This document shows positions 1 through 7,667 of a DNA stretch of 64,000 nucleotides, piece after piece. The stretch is from IMG/VR virus record IMGVR_UViG_3300037424_001643, positions 1 through 64,000 of that record; one strand, given 5' to 3'. The notes under the pieces were generated by a model, which did no database searches, was not told the DNA's origin, and saw only the letters and a list, made by a program, of their open reading frames with translations. The first letter of the stretch is position 1. Each line of letters begins with the position of its first letter. The DNA comes from a virus. The position numbers were made by a program, and so were the translations under genes.

Positions 1-155
1 CCACCCACGATGACGGCCTGACCGCGCGGCAGTGAGTCAACTTCCGTGACGTCGATGCGGTCGCAGTGCTCAAATTGAGCAAAGTATTGCTGCGGGCAAC
101 AGTTCAAGTCGCCGAGGTTCTCAGTGTTCTTGATGTGTGCGAAAACGGGTCGCAT
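1..155 (-). CDS. hypothetical protein, N-terminal part only (ORF leaves the window on the left)
   Basis: ATG at 155..153 on the minus strand. The frame MRPVFAHIKNTENLGDLNCCPQQYFAQFEHCDRIDVTEVDSLPRGQAVIVGG stays open to position 1. It starts 9 nt after the stop of 165..410. Confidence 0.5.
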   Translation of the reverse strand, partial: MRPVFAHIKNTENLGDLNCCPQQYFAQFEHCDRIDVTEVDSLPRGQAVIVG

Positions 156-164
156 TGGAAAATT

Positions 165-410
165 CTACTTCGACCGGGGGAGGATGTCAAACACAATCTC
201 GCGCTTCACCCGAAAAAAACTTTTCTCGAAGGCGGGTAGGACCGGGACCTTATACTGACCGTTCACCGCCGAGGGCAACTCAATCGGCCCATAGTAGTTC
301 CAAGGACCATTCGGGGTGGGGGCAATTTCCAGAGTGTCCTTGACTCCGGGCTCGAAATCCCAAATGATAAACATGATTGCAACCAGTAACAGATTTGCGA
401 ATTTTCTCAT
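165..410 (-). CDS. small secreted or membrane-anchored hypothetical protein
   Basis: 81-aa ORF with an N-terminal hydrophobic helix (MRKFANLLLVAIMFIIW). It is co-oriented with its neighbours. Confidence 0.6.
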   Translation of the reverse strand: MRKFANLLLVAIMFIIWDFEPGVKDTLEIAPTPNGPWNYYGPIELPSAVNGQYKVPVLPAFEKSFFRVKREIVFDILPRSK

Positions 411-449
411 GCTTGAGAGTCTCGCATCGCGTTTCTCAAAGTCAAGAAA

Positions 450-743
450 TCATTTATGGGGGTCAACGTAAGGAATCTGCGCAGCCAATTTTCGCAACTG
501 CTCGGCGCGCTCCGACCTCTGTCGTCCCGCCCGCTCCTGCCGGATGGCCCGCTTGATAAGAATTTCGGACTTCCGTAACAGCCCCTCCGTCCAAAGCTTC
601 TTTGCCGAATCGCGCGCATGTGCGGCTTCCCTGAACGCGCAATCCGCCGCCTGCTGATTCAGATACGAGAGGCGAAAAACTTCCCAGCGTTCGAGCCCGC
701 AGTTCAAGAGCAGCGTGGACCAAACGGGTATCGGGGGTTTCAT
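450..743 (-). CDS. hypothetical protein with basic C-terminal half
   Basis: 97-aa ORF whose start overlaps the stop of 740..925 by 4 nt, suggesting translational coupling. Confidence 0.55.
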   Translation of the reverse strand: MKPPIPVWSTLLLNCGLERWEVFRLSYLNQQAADCAFREAAHARDSAKKLWTEGLLRKSEILIKRAIRQERAGRQRSERAEQLRKLAAQIPYVDPHK

Positions 744-925
744 TCAGGCGGAGGTTGATTCGAGTCGTGAATGAAAATCACGACGCCGACTGCGAGAATC
801 AAAAAGCAACCGGCGGCGATAAACAGGAGGGGGGTCACAAAATTAAGGTTGACAAACATCATCACTTTTTCTTTCGGTTCGGGAGCACAACAAGGAGTAT
901 CGACACGATGGCCAGAAGAACCCAC
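740..925 (-). CDS. small membrane protein (possible alternative start at 862)
   Basis: 61-aa ORF with one clear TM helix (LLFIAAGCFLILAVGVVIFI). An internal MMFVNL start is possible. Confidence 0.5.
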   Translation of the reverse strand: MGSSGHRVDTPCCAPEPKEKVMMFVNLNFVTPLLFIAAGCFLILAVGVVIFIHDSNQPPPE

Positions 926-961
926 GCCAAATCAAGAAGGTGAAAATCAGGTCTCATAGCT

Positions 962-1438
962 CTACGAAAGTGTGCGCCAACTCTGAATGACGCCCGCGTC
1001 GTCAATGGTCGGGATGGACGAGTAAAACCACGACTCAAAGTCCGAAAGTTCGCGATTGGGCTTCGGCGGTGCGTGAGGAAAAACTCCGGCGCACAGGCAA
1101 TCGGCCCAAAAAACCAGTTCGGCCTTGAAAGGCTCCGGGTGTTCCTTGGCCTCCGCGCGTAGCTTGTCAATCATCGGCTGGACGAGGGTGACGATAAACG
1201 TCCGTGCAATTTGCATGGCGGCACCGTCCTTGGCAGAGATGCGGTCCCAGTGCAGGCGACGAAGCGTCTGAGGGTCGGGAGAACTCGTCGAGGAAGGGGT
1301 CGCCGTAGGGTCAGGGAGGCTGACAGGCGCGTCGGAAGACAGTTTTGGGGTCTCTACGGCTCCGCGGGCCATTTGCTCAAGGCGCTCGGCTTGCAGGCGT
1401 TGGATGCGCTGCATCTTCGTTTCTGGCTTGTCAGTCAT
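962..1438 (-). CDS. hypothetical protein
   Basis: 158-aa ORF preceded by a promoter-like box and a GTGTAAAC motif copy on the same strand. Confidence 0.7.
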   Translation of the reverse strand: MTDKPETKMQRIQRLQAERLEQMARGAVETPKLSSDAPVSLPDPTATPSSTSSPDPQTLRRLHWDRISAKDGAAMQIARTFIVTLVQPMIDKLRAEAKEHPEPFKAELVFWADCLCAGVFPHAPPKPNRELSDFESWFYSSIPTIDDAGVIQSWRTLS

Positions 1439-1443
1439 GCTTT

Positions 1444-1471
1444 ACTGTCGCCCGTTTGGACAAGATGTCAA
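1444..1471 (-). promoter_or_regulatory. sigma70-like promoter candidate, TTGACA-N16-GACAGT, 5 nt before ATG 1438
   Basis: On the minus strand, TTGACA is at 1471..1466 and GACAGT at 1449..1444. A second TTGACT plus GTGTAAAC element lies just upstream (1486..1504). Confidence 0.35.
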
Positions 1472-1815
1472 CTGGCCAGTTTGCTGTCGCGTTTACACAG
1501 TCAAGCCCCCGATGTCGATTTTTACACACGTCGGGGGAAGGAGTGAGCGGAGCCCCCGGCCCCCGAAATTCCCCCGTGGGGGTGCCCGGCAAGGTTTGCC
1601 GAGTGCCCTTCATCCATACCGCTAAGGCGACATGGAGTAACAAGTCACACAGGCTCAACGGCTTAGCGACGGATTGTGGTGTCCCTGCGTTGCACCACAA
1701 GGGAAGGCCGAGTAACCTAGTTGAGATTCGCCTTCGTATGTAAGTCATTGATGTGTAGCTAGTTTCGCTCCGTGTGATAGATACTGGAAGCATAGTGACA
1801 AGGACTTACCAACAT

Positions 1816-1855
1816 TTCTCAATCTCTCTCAATATCTTCCAATATCTTCCAAACG
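1816..1855. repeat. four degenerate tandem 10-bp units (TTCTCAATCT/CTCTCAATAT/CTTCCAATAT/CTTCCAAACG)
   Basis: Read directly from the sequence. The 10-bp period matches the helical repeat. It lies in an ORF-free region next to the stop of 1857..2501. Confidence 0.55.
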
Positions 1856-1856
1856 G

Positions 1857-2501
1857 TCAAGATTCGGCAGAAGTTGCCTTAATCGCAATCTCCTTCACAA
1901 CCTCTTGGCTCGCAGTAATTAGCGAATCTTTAATCTCACCATCCTGACAGCCCGACGCGTTCAAAGCTGTGATGATAGCTGCATGAAGGTCAGCAGGTTG
2001 AGAACCCGGTTGACCGGGCTTAATCGCGTCTTTGCGTTCCGTGGCCGTGTCGCCTAGCGCAGCGTATGTCATCGCGTGGCACTTCTCCATCGCTGCCGCC
2101 ATATCTGCCCAGAATCGCCCAGAGACTCGCACCACTCCGTTGCGGTCTGCCGTGGTGGAAACGTCCTTGATGGCGTCGCCTTCAAGCCCGCGAACATACT
2201 TGAGCATCCGGTCCATTGACTGACGGAACATGTGCGCTTGCACGTAGTTCAACGCGCGATTCGTTGCGCGCTCATAGTCGCCGGGCTTCTCGCTCTTCGA
2301 CATGACCGAGATGCGTCGAATCTTATCAAGCCAGCCCTCTTGCTTCGCGAGTGCATCCACGATTCGCGGGTCAATATCCAGCGCCGTGGCAGTCTTGTCG
2401 ATGTCGCCAATCGTGGCCATGAACACAAGAAAAATCTGGCTCACGTCCAACTCGGTCTTGTCAAGTGCAATCATCGCTTGGGTTTGTTCTTGGCATACCA
2501 T
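1857..2501 (-). CDS. hypothetical protein with N-terminal HTH-like segment (start may be 2474)
   Basis: 214-aa ORF. GDIDKTATALDIDPRIVDALAK looks like a helix-turn-helix. The ATG at 2474 forms an ATGA overlap with the stop of the upstream mini-ORF. Confidence 0.7.
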   Translation of the reverse strand: MVCQEQTQAMIALDKTELDVSQIFLVFMATIGDIDKTATALDIDPRIVDALAKQEGWLDKIRRISVMSKSEKPGDYERATNRALNYVQAHMFRQSMDRMLKYVRGLEGDAIKDVSTTADRNGVVRVSGRFWADMAAAMEKCHAMTYAALGDTATERKDAIKPGQPGSQPADLHAAIITALNASGCQDGEIKDSLITASQEVVKEIAIKATSAES

Positions 2502-2611
2502 TCGGCGCGTTTCTTATCACGGTCCGCCCGTTTGCCGTCGGAAAATAGCTTCTGCGCAGCGTGTGACGCACGCCCCATTAGCTTCTTTGCTGCCCGTTCT
2601 TTCTCGTCCAT
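2471..2611 (-). CDS. small basic hypothetical protein (46 aa)
   Basis: MDEKERAAKKLMGRASHAAQKLFSDGKRADRDKKRAEWYAKNKPKR. Its stop TGA overlaps the ATG at 2474. It is below the ORF-track size cutoff. Confidence 0.4.
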   Translation of the reverse strand: MDEKERAAKKLMGRASHAAQKLFSDGKRADRDKKRAEWYAKNKPKR

Positions 2612-2617
2612 ACGAAA

Positions 2618-2646
2618 AAGGGAGGCGAAGCCCAGCGCAGCGTCAA
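2618..2646 (-). promoter_or_regulatory. promoter candidate, TTGACG-N17-TCCCTT, 6 nt before ATG 2611
   Basis: Same geometry as the plus-strand boxes, but the -10 element is weak. Confidence 0.3.
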
Positions 2647-2751
2647 CGAGACGAAAAGGGCGGCAGCATCAATCAAACATAACCGGGAAATCATACTCCA
2701 TTACACAAAACATCTCCCTATATTCATAAAATAATAAGGAGAGGCATCCCA

Positions 2752-2763
2752 ATGGAATTCCAT
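2752..2763. promoter_or_regulatory. perfect 12-bp palindrome ATGGAATTCCAT in the divergent control region
   Basis: Self-complementary 12-mer in the AT-rich gap between the leftward and rightward operons. It is operator-like. Confidence 0.35.
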
Positions 2764-2830
2764 GAAGCTAGGAGACTGTTTGTCTGAAGGTTGTATGATT
2801 GGTGGACTATGAGTTATTGGATATGTTGTA

Positions 2831-2858
2831 TTGACGCAAGCGAACTATTGGCGACAAT
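2831..2858 (+). promoter_or_regulatory. sigma70-like promoter candidate, TTGACG-N16-GACAAT, 6 nt before ATG 2865
   Basis: The identical TTGACR-N16-GACAAT arrangement recurs at 3956 and 11919. Confidence 0.4.
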
Positions 2859-2864
2859 AAGGGT

Positions 2865-3542
2865 ATGCCGAAACCTAAAAACGAATGGTTGCAGAAGAAG
2901 CCGAGTGATTGGGGCCAGCCCACGAATTACCACGGGTTTGCATCCATCGCGCATAACCAAACCTATGTGGTCACGCTGTCCTGTCTCGGGAAGCAACACC
3001 ACATCAGCTACCACAAGGAGCAGCTTGAAGCCGCACGGGCGTATGACGCAGCGCTGCATTGCCTGTTGCCCTTCACGTCTCCACGTGCAAGGCCGAACTT
3101 CCCGAATGACTTTGAGACGATTAGCTATGAAGACGTCACGACTCTTTGTCCTTACGCCCTCGAACTCTTCAACGAACTTGCGGAGCGTGTGATGGCAATG
3201 GGCCTGTCAATCGAATCGCTTCGCACAGCACGCGAGTCGAACATCAAAATTGCAGTGACCGCTGAAGCCCCTGAAGAAACCCGTCAGGCTCGCGCGTTGC
3301 GCAGCTATGATGCGCTCAAGCATCGCATCAGTGTGGCAATGGCCGAGTCAAGCGAGAGTGCCGACAAAATTTCTGCGAAGCTTGGCGCGGTGGATTTGCG
3401 AAAGCTGCCTGTGGTCAACAAGGCCGTCAACGATGCGACCGTGAGATTGAAGGAAGCTTCGCTCGCTCTGCTCGAAGCTCACAACCTGCTCGCATCACAG
3501 CGCGAGTATTACGAGAAAATCAAACTCACCCCTATCGAATGA
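2865..3542 (+). CDS. AP2-domain DNA-binding protein without a nuclease domain, helical C-terminal half
   Basis: YHGFASIAHNQTYVVTLSCLGKQHHISYHKEQLEAARAYDAALHCLLPFTSPRARPNFP matches the AP2/ERF pattern (YxGV...W.A.I...LG.F...EAA.AYD.AA...NFP). There is no HNH motif. It is the first gene of the rightward operon. Confidence 0.75.
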   Translation: MPKPKNEWLQKKPSDWGQPTNYHGFASIAHNQTYVVTLSCLGKQHHISYHKEQLEAARAYDAALHCLLPFTSPRARPNFPNDFETISYEDVTTLCPYALELFNELAERVMAMGLSIESLRTARESNIKIAVTAEAPEETRQARALRSYDALKHRISVAMAESSESADKISAKLGAVDLRKLPVVNKAVNDATVRLKEASLALLEAHNLLASQREYYEKIKLTPIE

Positions 3543-3733
3543 GATGGTTCATTCAACACCGAGTAAAGGGCCGCAAGCTTCGCTGGCTCGACTTCACGAC
3601 GCCGCGAACGTATCACACTGACGAAGAGGAGTTGAAAGAGCGGCTCAGGGTTCTGCATGAGCGCTACCCGGAATACGAGTTTCGTCCGGTTCCTCCGATA
3701 CCGCCGACGATGATGACGCCGTCCGATATTTGA
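3539..3733 (+). CDS. hypothetical protein
   Basis: 64-aa ORF with an ATGA start/stop overlap with the AP2 gene. Confidence 0.6.
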   Translation: MRWFIQHRVKGRKLRWLDFTTPRTYHTDEEELKERLRVLHERYPEYEFRPVPPIPPTMMTPSDI

Positions 3734-3758
3734 CACTGCGCAAGCAGTGTGATAGTCA
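3730..3758 (+). promoter_or_regulatory. promoter candidate, TTGACA-N17-TAGTCA preceded by TGn, 8 nt before ATG 3767
   Basis: The TTTGACA...GTGTGATAGT layout resembles the boxes at 7952 and 6669. Confidence 0.35.
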
Positions 3759-3766
3759 TTCACTTA

Positions 3767-3964
3767 ATGAAAACGTATCAGATAGCATTCAATGTGAAGG
3801 ACGCGCAAGGGCGAAACCTGTATCAGACCGTAAAGGCTTTCGGGTTGAAGCAAGAGGGAAGCAACCTCGTGCATCTGCTGGACTGGACGGACGACCAGAT
3901 TGCCACGCTCGTTTTTAGTTCGGGCGTCCTTGAAGTTCGCCAGACCGATTCAACATTGACATGA
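3767..3964 (+). CDS. hypothetical protein (the track lists a GTG start at 3749)
   Basis: MKTYQIAFNVKDAQGRNLYQTVKAFGLKQEGSNLVHLLDWTDDQIATLVFSSGVLEVRQTDSTLT. The ATG at 3767 sits just after the promoter box. Confidence 0.6.
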   Translation: MKTYQIAFNVKDAQGRNLYQTVKAFGLKQEGSNLVHLLDWTDDQIATLVFSSGVLEVRQTDSTLT

Positions 3965-3983
3965 GCCGCTGTTTTCGGACAAT
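3956..3983 (+). promoter_or_regulatory. promoter candidate, TTGACA-N16-GACAAT
   Basis: Same box type as 2831 and 11919. It lies 28 nt upstream of ATG 4012. Confidence 0.35.
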
Positions 3984-4011
3984 ACCTAGACAGTAAAACT
4001 GAAACCTCTTT

Positions 4012-4356
4012 ATGAACGACAACAAAGACATCAAATTGCCTTTCCTTTCCCGCGACGCTGATGCGAAGGTGGATGCACCTGATTTGGTGGTTGCCTCTGC
4101 TACCGCTGAGACTCCGGCAGTCAACGGGGGTGCGAACGATTATCTTTTTCAGTGCTTCCCGGACGGCTCGCTGTTCCGTTACGGGGCGCATCCCGACGGC
4201 AGCGGAAGGCAATGTCTGCTTGATTCTCGCGGCACTGTGGTCGGAGTCGTGGCGCACAAGGCCATCGCGGATTTTCTGGTGCGCGGGGCGCATTGTCTGT
4301 GCTGCATTCTCCGCGATGAAGCCAAGGGGATTGAACCTGAGGTCGGGGGGAAATGA
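4012..4356 (+). CDS. hypothetical protein
   Basis: 114-aa ORF in the early operon. Confidence 0.65.
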   Translation: MNDNKDIKLPFLSRDADAKVDAPDLVVASATAETPAVNGGANDYLFQCFPDGSLFRYGAHPDGSGRQCLLDSRGTVVGVVAHKAIADFLVRGAHCLCCILRDEAKGIEPEVGGK

Positions 4357-4396
4357 AATCCGGCCAGCGAGCGGCAACATCAAGATTGACTGAAAA

Positions 4397-4630
4397 ATGA
4401 AAATCCGACAGAAGAGAACGCAATTCAAGTATTGGGTTGTCCTTCAGGACAAGGACCGGAGGCGCAAGCAGCATTGGAAGCTGTCGGGGTTCAACAAGTG
4501 GGACGGCGCTTATATCGGATGCGAAAGCCGGGTCGAGGCGGTGAAGCGATTGCCTGAACACGACGACCTTCAGCGACAGTTTTTCAACTACGAAATTTTG
4601 CGGTCTGTCGTGCCGCCACCCATTATCTGA
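4397..4630 (+). CDS. hypothetical protein
   Basis: 77-aa ORF in the early operon. Confidence 0.6.
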   Translation: MKIRQKRTQFKYWVVLQDKDRRRKQHWKLSGFNKWDGAYIGCESRVEAVKRLPEHDDLQRQFFNYEILRSVVPPPII

Positions 4631-4632
4631 AT

Positions 4633-4893
4633 ATGTTTACCAAATACAAATTTGAAGTCGGGCAGGATGTCATTGACCATACGGGCAAGGCGGGTGTGGT
4701 GGTCGGTCGATTCCGGCCGGGGAAGGCGGCGACACTGCTGGGCAATCCATCGACAGGAACGCCGGTCGGACACCGGCTGTATGCGATTGCGTATCGCTTT
4801 GCCGAGCCGTGCGCGGTGTATGGCACCTATGCAACGTGTTCCGTTTTCAACTGGGAAGAGTCTTTTCTGGAACCCGCTTACATCAAACCATGA
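4633..4893 (+). CDS. hypothetical protein
   Basis: 86-aa ORF starting 2 nt after the previous stop. Confidence 0.65.
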   Translation: MFTKYKFEVGQDVIDHTGKAGVVVGRFRPGKAATLLGNPSTGTPVGHRLYAIAYRFAEPCAVYGTYATCSVFNWEESFLEPAYIKP

Positions 4894-5267
4894 GCTACCA
4901 TCGAAAAAAAGGCAGCGGCAGTCGTGACCTTGGACTGAGTTCCAACGGCAAAGGCTCCGCGAGCCGCATCACCGACAACAAGGCGTTTGCCGACAACTAC
5001 GACGCAATTGACTGGGGTGTCAAGAAGACGACAGGCGCGAGCGAGTCGCTGCCCAAGCTTTGCGTAACGGAACTGCCACCGCCGAAGCCGCTGGTAAAGC
5101 CGGAAATTCTACCCCCAACGAAGCGCGAGGGCTGGCGGAAGCTGGCCCGCACGGAAATCTTGCAGGCAGGTGATGAATTCTGGGGGGTGGACGGGAGTTG
5201 GAATAAAACTCAATTTCCGGGGTGGAAAGCCAGAAGTTGGAACACCTATTTCCGAAAGCTGAAATGA
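4890..5267 (+). CDS. hypothetical protein
   Basis: The ATG at 4890 forms an ATGA overlap with the stop of 4633..4893. The sequence begins MSYHRKKGSGSRDLG. The track's longer 4809 start overlaps the previous gene. Confidence 0.6.
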   Translation: MSYHRKKGSGSRDLGLSSNGKGSASRITDNKAFADNYDAIDWGVKKTTGASESLPKLCVTELPPPKPLVKPEILPPTKREGWRKLARTEILQAGDEFWGVDGSWNKTQFPGWKARSWNTYFRKLK

Positions 5268-5273
5268 TTATTT

Positions 5274-5347
5274 CCGCAGATAGTTCAACGGAAGAACACC
5301 GGACTTGTAATCCGGAAACGGCGGTTCGACTCCGTCTCTGCGCTCCA
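5274..5347 (+). tRNA. tRNA-Thr, anticodon UGU, CCA encoded
   Basis: Manual fold into a 74-nt cloverleaf:
- Acceptor CCGCAGA/TCTGCGC, with C1-C72 unpaired.
- D stem GTTC/GAAC with a GG loop.
- Anticodon stem CCGGA/TCCGG with loop CTTGTAA.
- T stem GGCGG/CCGTC with loop TTCGACT.
- Discriminator T followed by CCA. Confidence 0.8.
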
Positions 5348-5354
5348 ATTTTTT

Positions 5355-5639
5355 ATGAGCACCATTCCAAACTTGGCTTATCCGCCGTCCATGACTGAAG
5401 CACCAGCAACGAAAGATTTGAAATCCGACGCGCTACCACCAAAGCCGACTTACATCAATATCAAGCTCTGTGATAATGGCTGGCTGGTTGGGGTTCACTA
5501 CCATCCGGAGGCTTTGCCGCATAACAATTACGGGTGCGCCCCAAAAGAGGAATACGTTTTCAACAGTGTGAAGGCGTTGGCTGAAGGGCTGTCACTGGTG
5601 GCAATGGGTGAAAGGGTGCCCGCGAACCTTAAGGCGTGA
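5355..5639 (+). CDS. hypothetical protein
   Basis: 94-aa ORF directly after the tRNA. Confidence 0.65.
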   Translation: MSTIPNLAYPPSMTEAPATKDLKSDALPPKPTYINIKLCDNGWLVGVHYHPEALPHNNYGCAPKEEYVFNSVKALAEGLSLVAMGERVPANLKA

Positions 5640-6013
5640 TGGGCTCACTTTCATCGCTCACTGTGCGGCTCGACGAAGAGCGCGATGACCTGACGGCGAA
5701 AGCCGAGACGGCGGGGGGCTATCTGCCGCTGATGCGTCAACGCGAGTATGAGTTTCGCGTGCGGATGCGGGGACTTTCGCCGACGATTATGATTTGCGGG
5801 GTGCAGATGTTTAATCATTTGCAGATGGAGATTGTCAAAGGTTCCGACTGGGCGGACTTTGCGCGCTGGCGTATTAGTCCGGCAGAAATGGACCAGTTGC
5901 CGGGCTATCCGTTCGCGCGCAAGATGTCGGTATCAAACAGGTCTATCATGCGCTATAAGGATTTGTGGATTGTGGCCGGTGTATGCTCGGAGAACGCAAT
6001 CGTATTTCTATGA
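5636..6013 (+). CDS. hypothetical protein
   Basis: 125-aa ORF with a 4-nt start/stop overlap. Confidence 0.65.
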   Translation: MMGSLSSLTVRLDEERDDLTAKAETAGGYLPLMRQREYEFRVRMRGLSPTIMICGVQMFNHLQMEIVKGSDWADFARWRISPAEMDQLPGYPFARKMSVSNRSIMRYKDLWIVAGVCSENAIVFL

Positions 6014-6216
6014 AAAAGCAATTGCAGGGAACAAAGGCGACAATGCACGAGGGGCATCCGGTCTGTCCTGAGGGGTATCGGTTTCTGCGACGCGGGGAGG
6101 TCATTGAAAAGCCGGATTTGTTCTGCTCGATACTTCATCGGTGGTTGCGCACTGTCCGGCCCGGCAGACGCACGGCAGGGGTTGTGTTTTACATCCGTCG
6201 AATTAAATCGAAATGA
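6010..6216 (+). CDS. hypothetical protein
   Basis: The ATG at 6010 forms an ATGA overlap. The sequence begins MKKQLQGTKATMHEGHPVCPEGYRFLRRGE. Confidence 0.55.
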   Translation: MKKQLQGTKATMHEGHPVCPEGYRFLRRGEVIEKPDLFCSILHRWLRTVRPGRRTAGVVFYIRRIKSK

Positions 6217-6608
6217 GTGACCTTGCCGACATCTCAGCCAATGCGGTCATCAAGCCGGAGCGCGGAATCTTCTGGCGGTTTGTCGGTGCGTCGTCTCGTC
6301 CGTCTGCTTGGGTGGAAGTGGCGACGGGGTGGACTGACTTGACCGCTGATGCAGTGAGGGCCTACAGTCAATCGCGAAGCAATCACACATTTGGAGAGAA
6401 CATCGTTTTCAAAGACTCGAAAAGGTGTTGCGGCTGTGTGGTGGCGTTGCACAATCAAGACGTGGTGCCGCGTCCCGTATGGTGGAGAGTCAGTTACTTC
6501 TTTGACCGGGACGGGAGCGAAGCCAATGTCTTTGTATGGAGTGCGCCCGAGAGACAATTTTTTCGACGGTCGTGGGACTGGTTTCAAGTGAGAGTTTGCG
6601 ACCGGTAG
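6213..6608 (+). CDS. hypothetical protein
   Basis: 131-aa ORF with an ATGA overlap. Confidence 0.65.
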   Translation: MSDLADISANAVIKPERGIFWRFVGASSRPSAWVEVATGWTDLTADAVRAYSQSRSNHTFGENIVFKDSKRCCGCVVALHNQDVVPRPVWWRVSYFFDRDGSEANVFVWSAPERQFFRRSWDWFQVRVCDR

Positions 6609-6668
6609 TTGTCAAGTTTTTTCTTCGATTTAGCGAAATTATTTCTGGGGGAATCTTCGCTTTGCCCC

Positions 6669-6696
6669 TTGCGTGTAAACGGTGATGTGATACTCT
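6669..6696 (+). promoter_or_regulatory. promoter/operator cassette, TTGCGT-N16-TACTCT with GTGTAAAC core, 6 nt before ATG 6703
   Basis: cccCTTGCGTGTAAACGGTGATGTGATACTCTtgaggtATG. The core GTGTAAAC is at 6673..6680. Confidence 0.4.
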
Positions 6697-6702
6697 TGAG
6701 GT

Positions 6703-6975
6703 ATGAAAATTGACCTGTATAACATTCCTCGCTTCCGCAAGTTCTCCGTCCGCTACGTCGGACCGAGTATGACCCGCCCTTCCCGCATCCGCATCATTGA
6801 CGAGCGGCACAAGTTGGCCAAGGTGGTCGTGTATGACTCCGAAATTGGTGACCTCGCCCAACAAGCGGCTTGCTACCTGAAGAAAGTCGGAATCTCCGTG
6901 GACGGGATGGCGCTGGGCAATCTTGACAGCGAAGTCCACTTGCTGTCACAGGATTTCGCAACGCCTCTCAAGTAA
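6703..6975 (+). CDS. hypothetical protein
   Basis: 90-aa ORF following the cassette. Confidence 0.65.
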   Translation: MKIDLYNIPRFRKFSVRYVGPSMTRPSRIRIIDERHKLAKVVVYDSEIGDLAQQAACYLKKVGISVDGMALGNLDSEVHLLSQDFATPLK

Positions 6976-7022
6976 CAAACTTTCTCAAGTAACAACCTCG
7001 AAAACAAATCGAAAGCCACAAT

Positions 7023-7667
7023 ATGACTCCCAAAATCGAAAACCGTTACGACCGCAACCAACGGCTTCAGAATTCGTTCTCCGTCTTCGTCGGCTCCCTT
7101 GCGCTCGCTCTTGACTGTGATTTCATCGCCACGCAGGATGGCGGTTGTTTCAGCGAAATTGTGCTCCGCGATGGGACCAAGCTTTCCGTGGGTCTAAATG
7201 GCTACGAGGGCAAGGTCGAAGTGGCCGTCGGCAGCAAGCGCGACTCCCGCAATCAGTTGTTTACTCTGCGAGATGTGATGAACTACGAAGAGCGCAACGG
7301 CGCAACGCCGATTACAGTCTGTATCAATGTGGCCGCAGAAGGGCGCACCTTCAAGGCGCTGGCGGCTGACATCACCCGCCGGTTGCTGCCGGATGCCCGT
7401 GTTATCTGGGCGCGTATCTGTGAGGCTGTGAAGCGCAGTGACGATTACGCGAGCGGCTGCGCGTCTGAAGCCGAGAAGTTCGCCGAATTGCTGGACTGTC
7501 CGCCACATCAAAACGATGCCCGCAGGGCGGAGAAGAACTTCTTTCCCGAGCTTCCGGGCGTTCATTGCGTGACAGTCGCGCAAGGCAACGTCGATTTCAA
7601 GTTCAGCGGTTCGCCCGCGACGGCGGCAAAGTTGCTGGCGTTGCTGAAAGAATTGTCGGCAGAGTGA
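7023..7667 (+). CDS. hypothetical protein
   Basis: 214-aa ORF with no motif I recognise. Confidence 0.7.
   Translation: MTPKIENRYDRNQRLQNSFSVFVGSLALALDCDFIATQDGGCFSEIVLRDGTKLSVGLNGYEGKVEVAVGSKRDSRNQLFTLRDVMNYEERNGATPITVCINVAAEGRTFKALAADITRRLLPDARVIWARICEAVKRSDDYASGCASEAEKFAELLDCPPHQNDARRAEKNFFPELPGVHCVTVAQGNVDFKFSGSPATAAKLLALLKELSAE

Noticed and set aside
95-120. GTTCAAGTC at about 102..110 as a tRNA T-loop
   Set aside because: No flanking stems or cloverleaf can be drawn, and it lies inside an open reading frame.
1345-1793. ORFs 1345..1743 (+) and 1431..1793 (-) as genes filling the 1439..1856 gap
   Set aside because: Their composition is not protein-like, they overlap each other and neighbouring genes or promoter boxes, and the region is dominated by inverted repeats. 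It is treated as non-coding.
1857-2501. Calling this HTH-containing 214-aa protein the small terminase
   Set aside because: It is supported only by a weak HTH resemblance. It is separated from TerL by several genes and an unknown amount of sequence outside the window.
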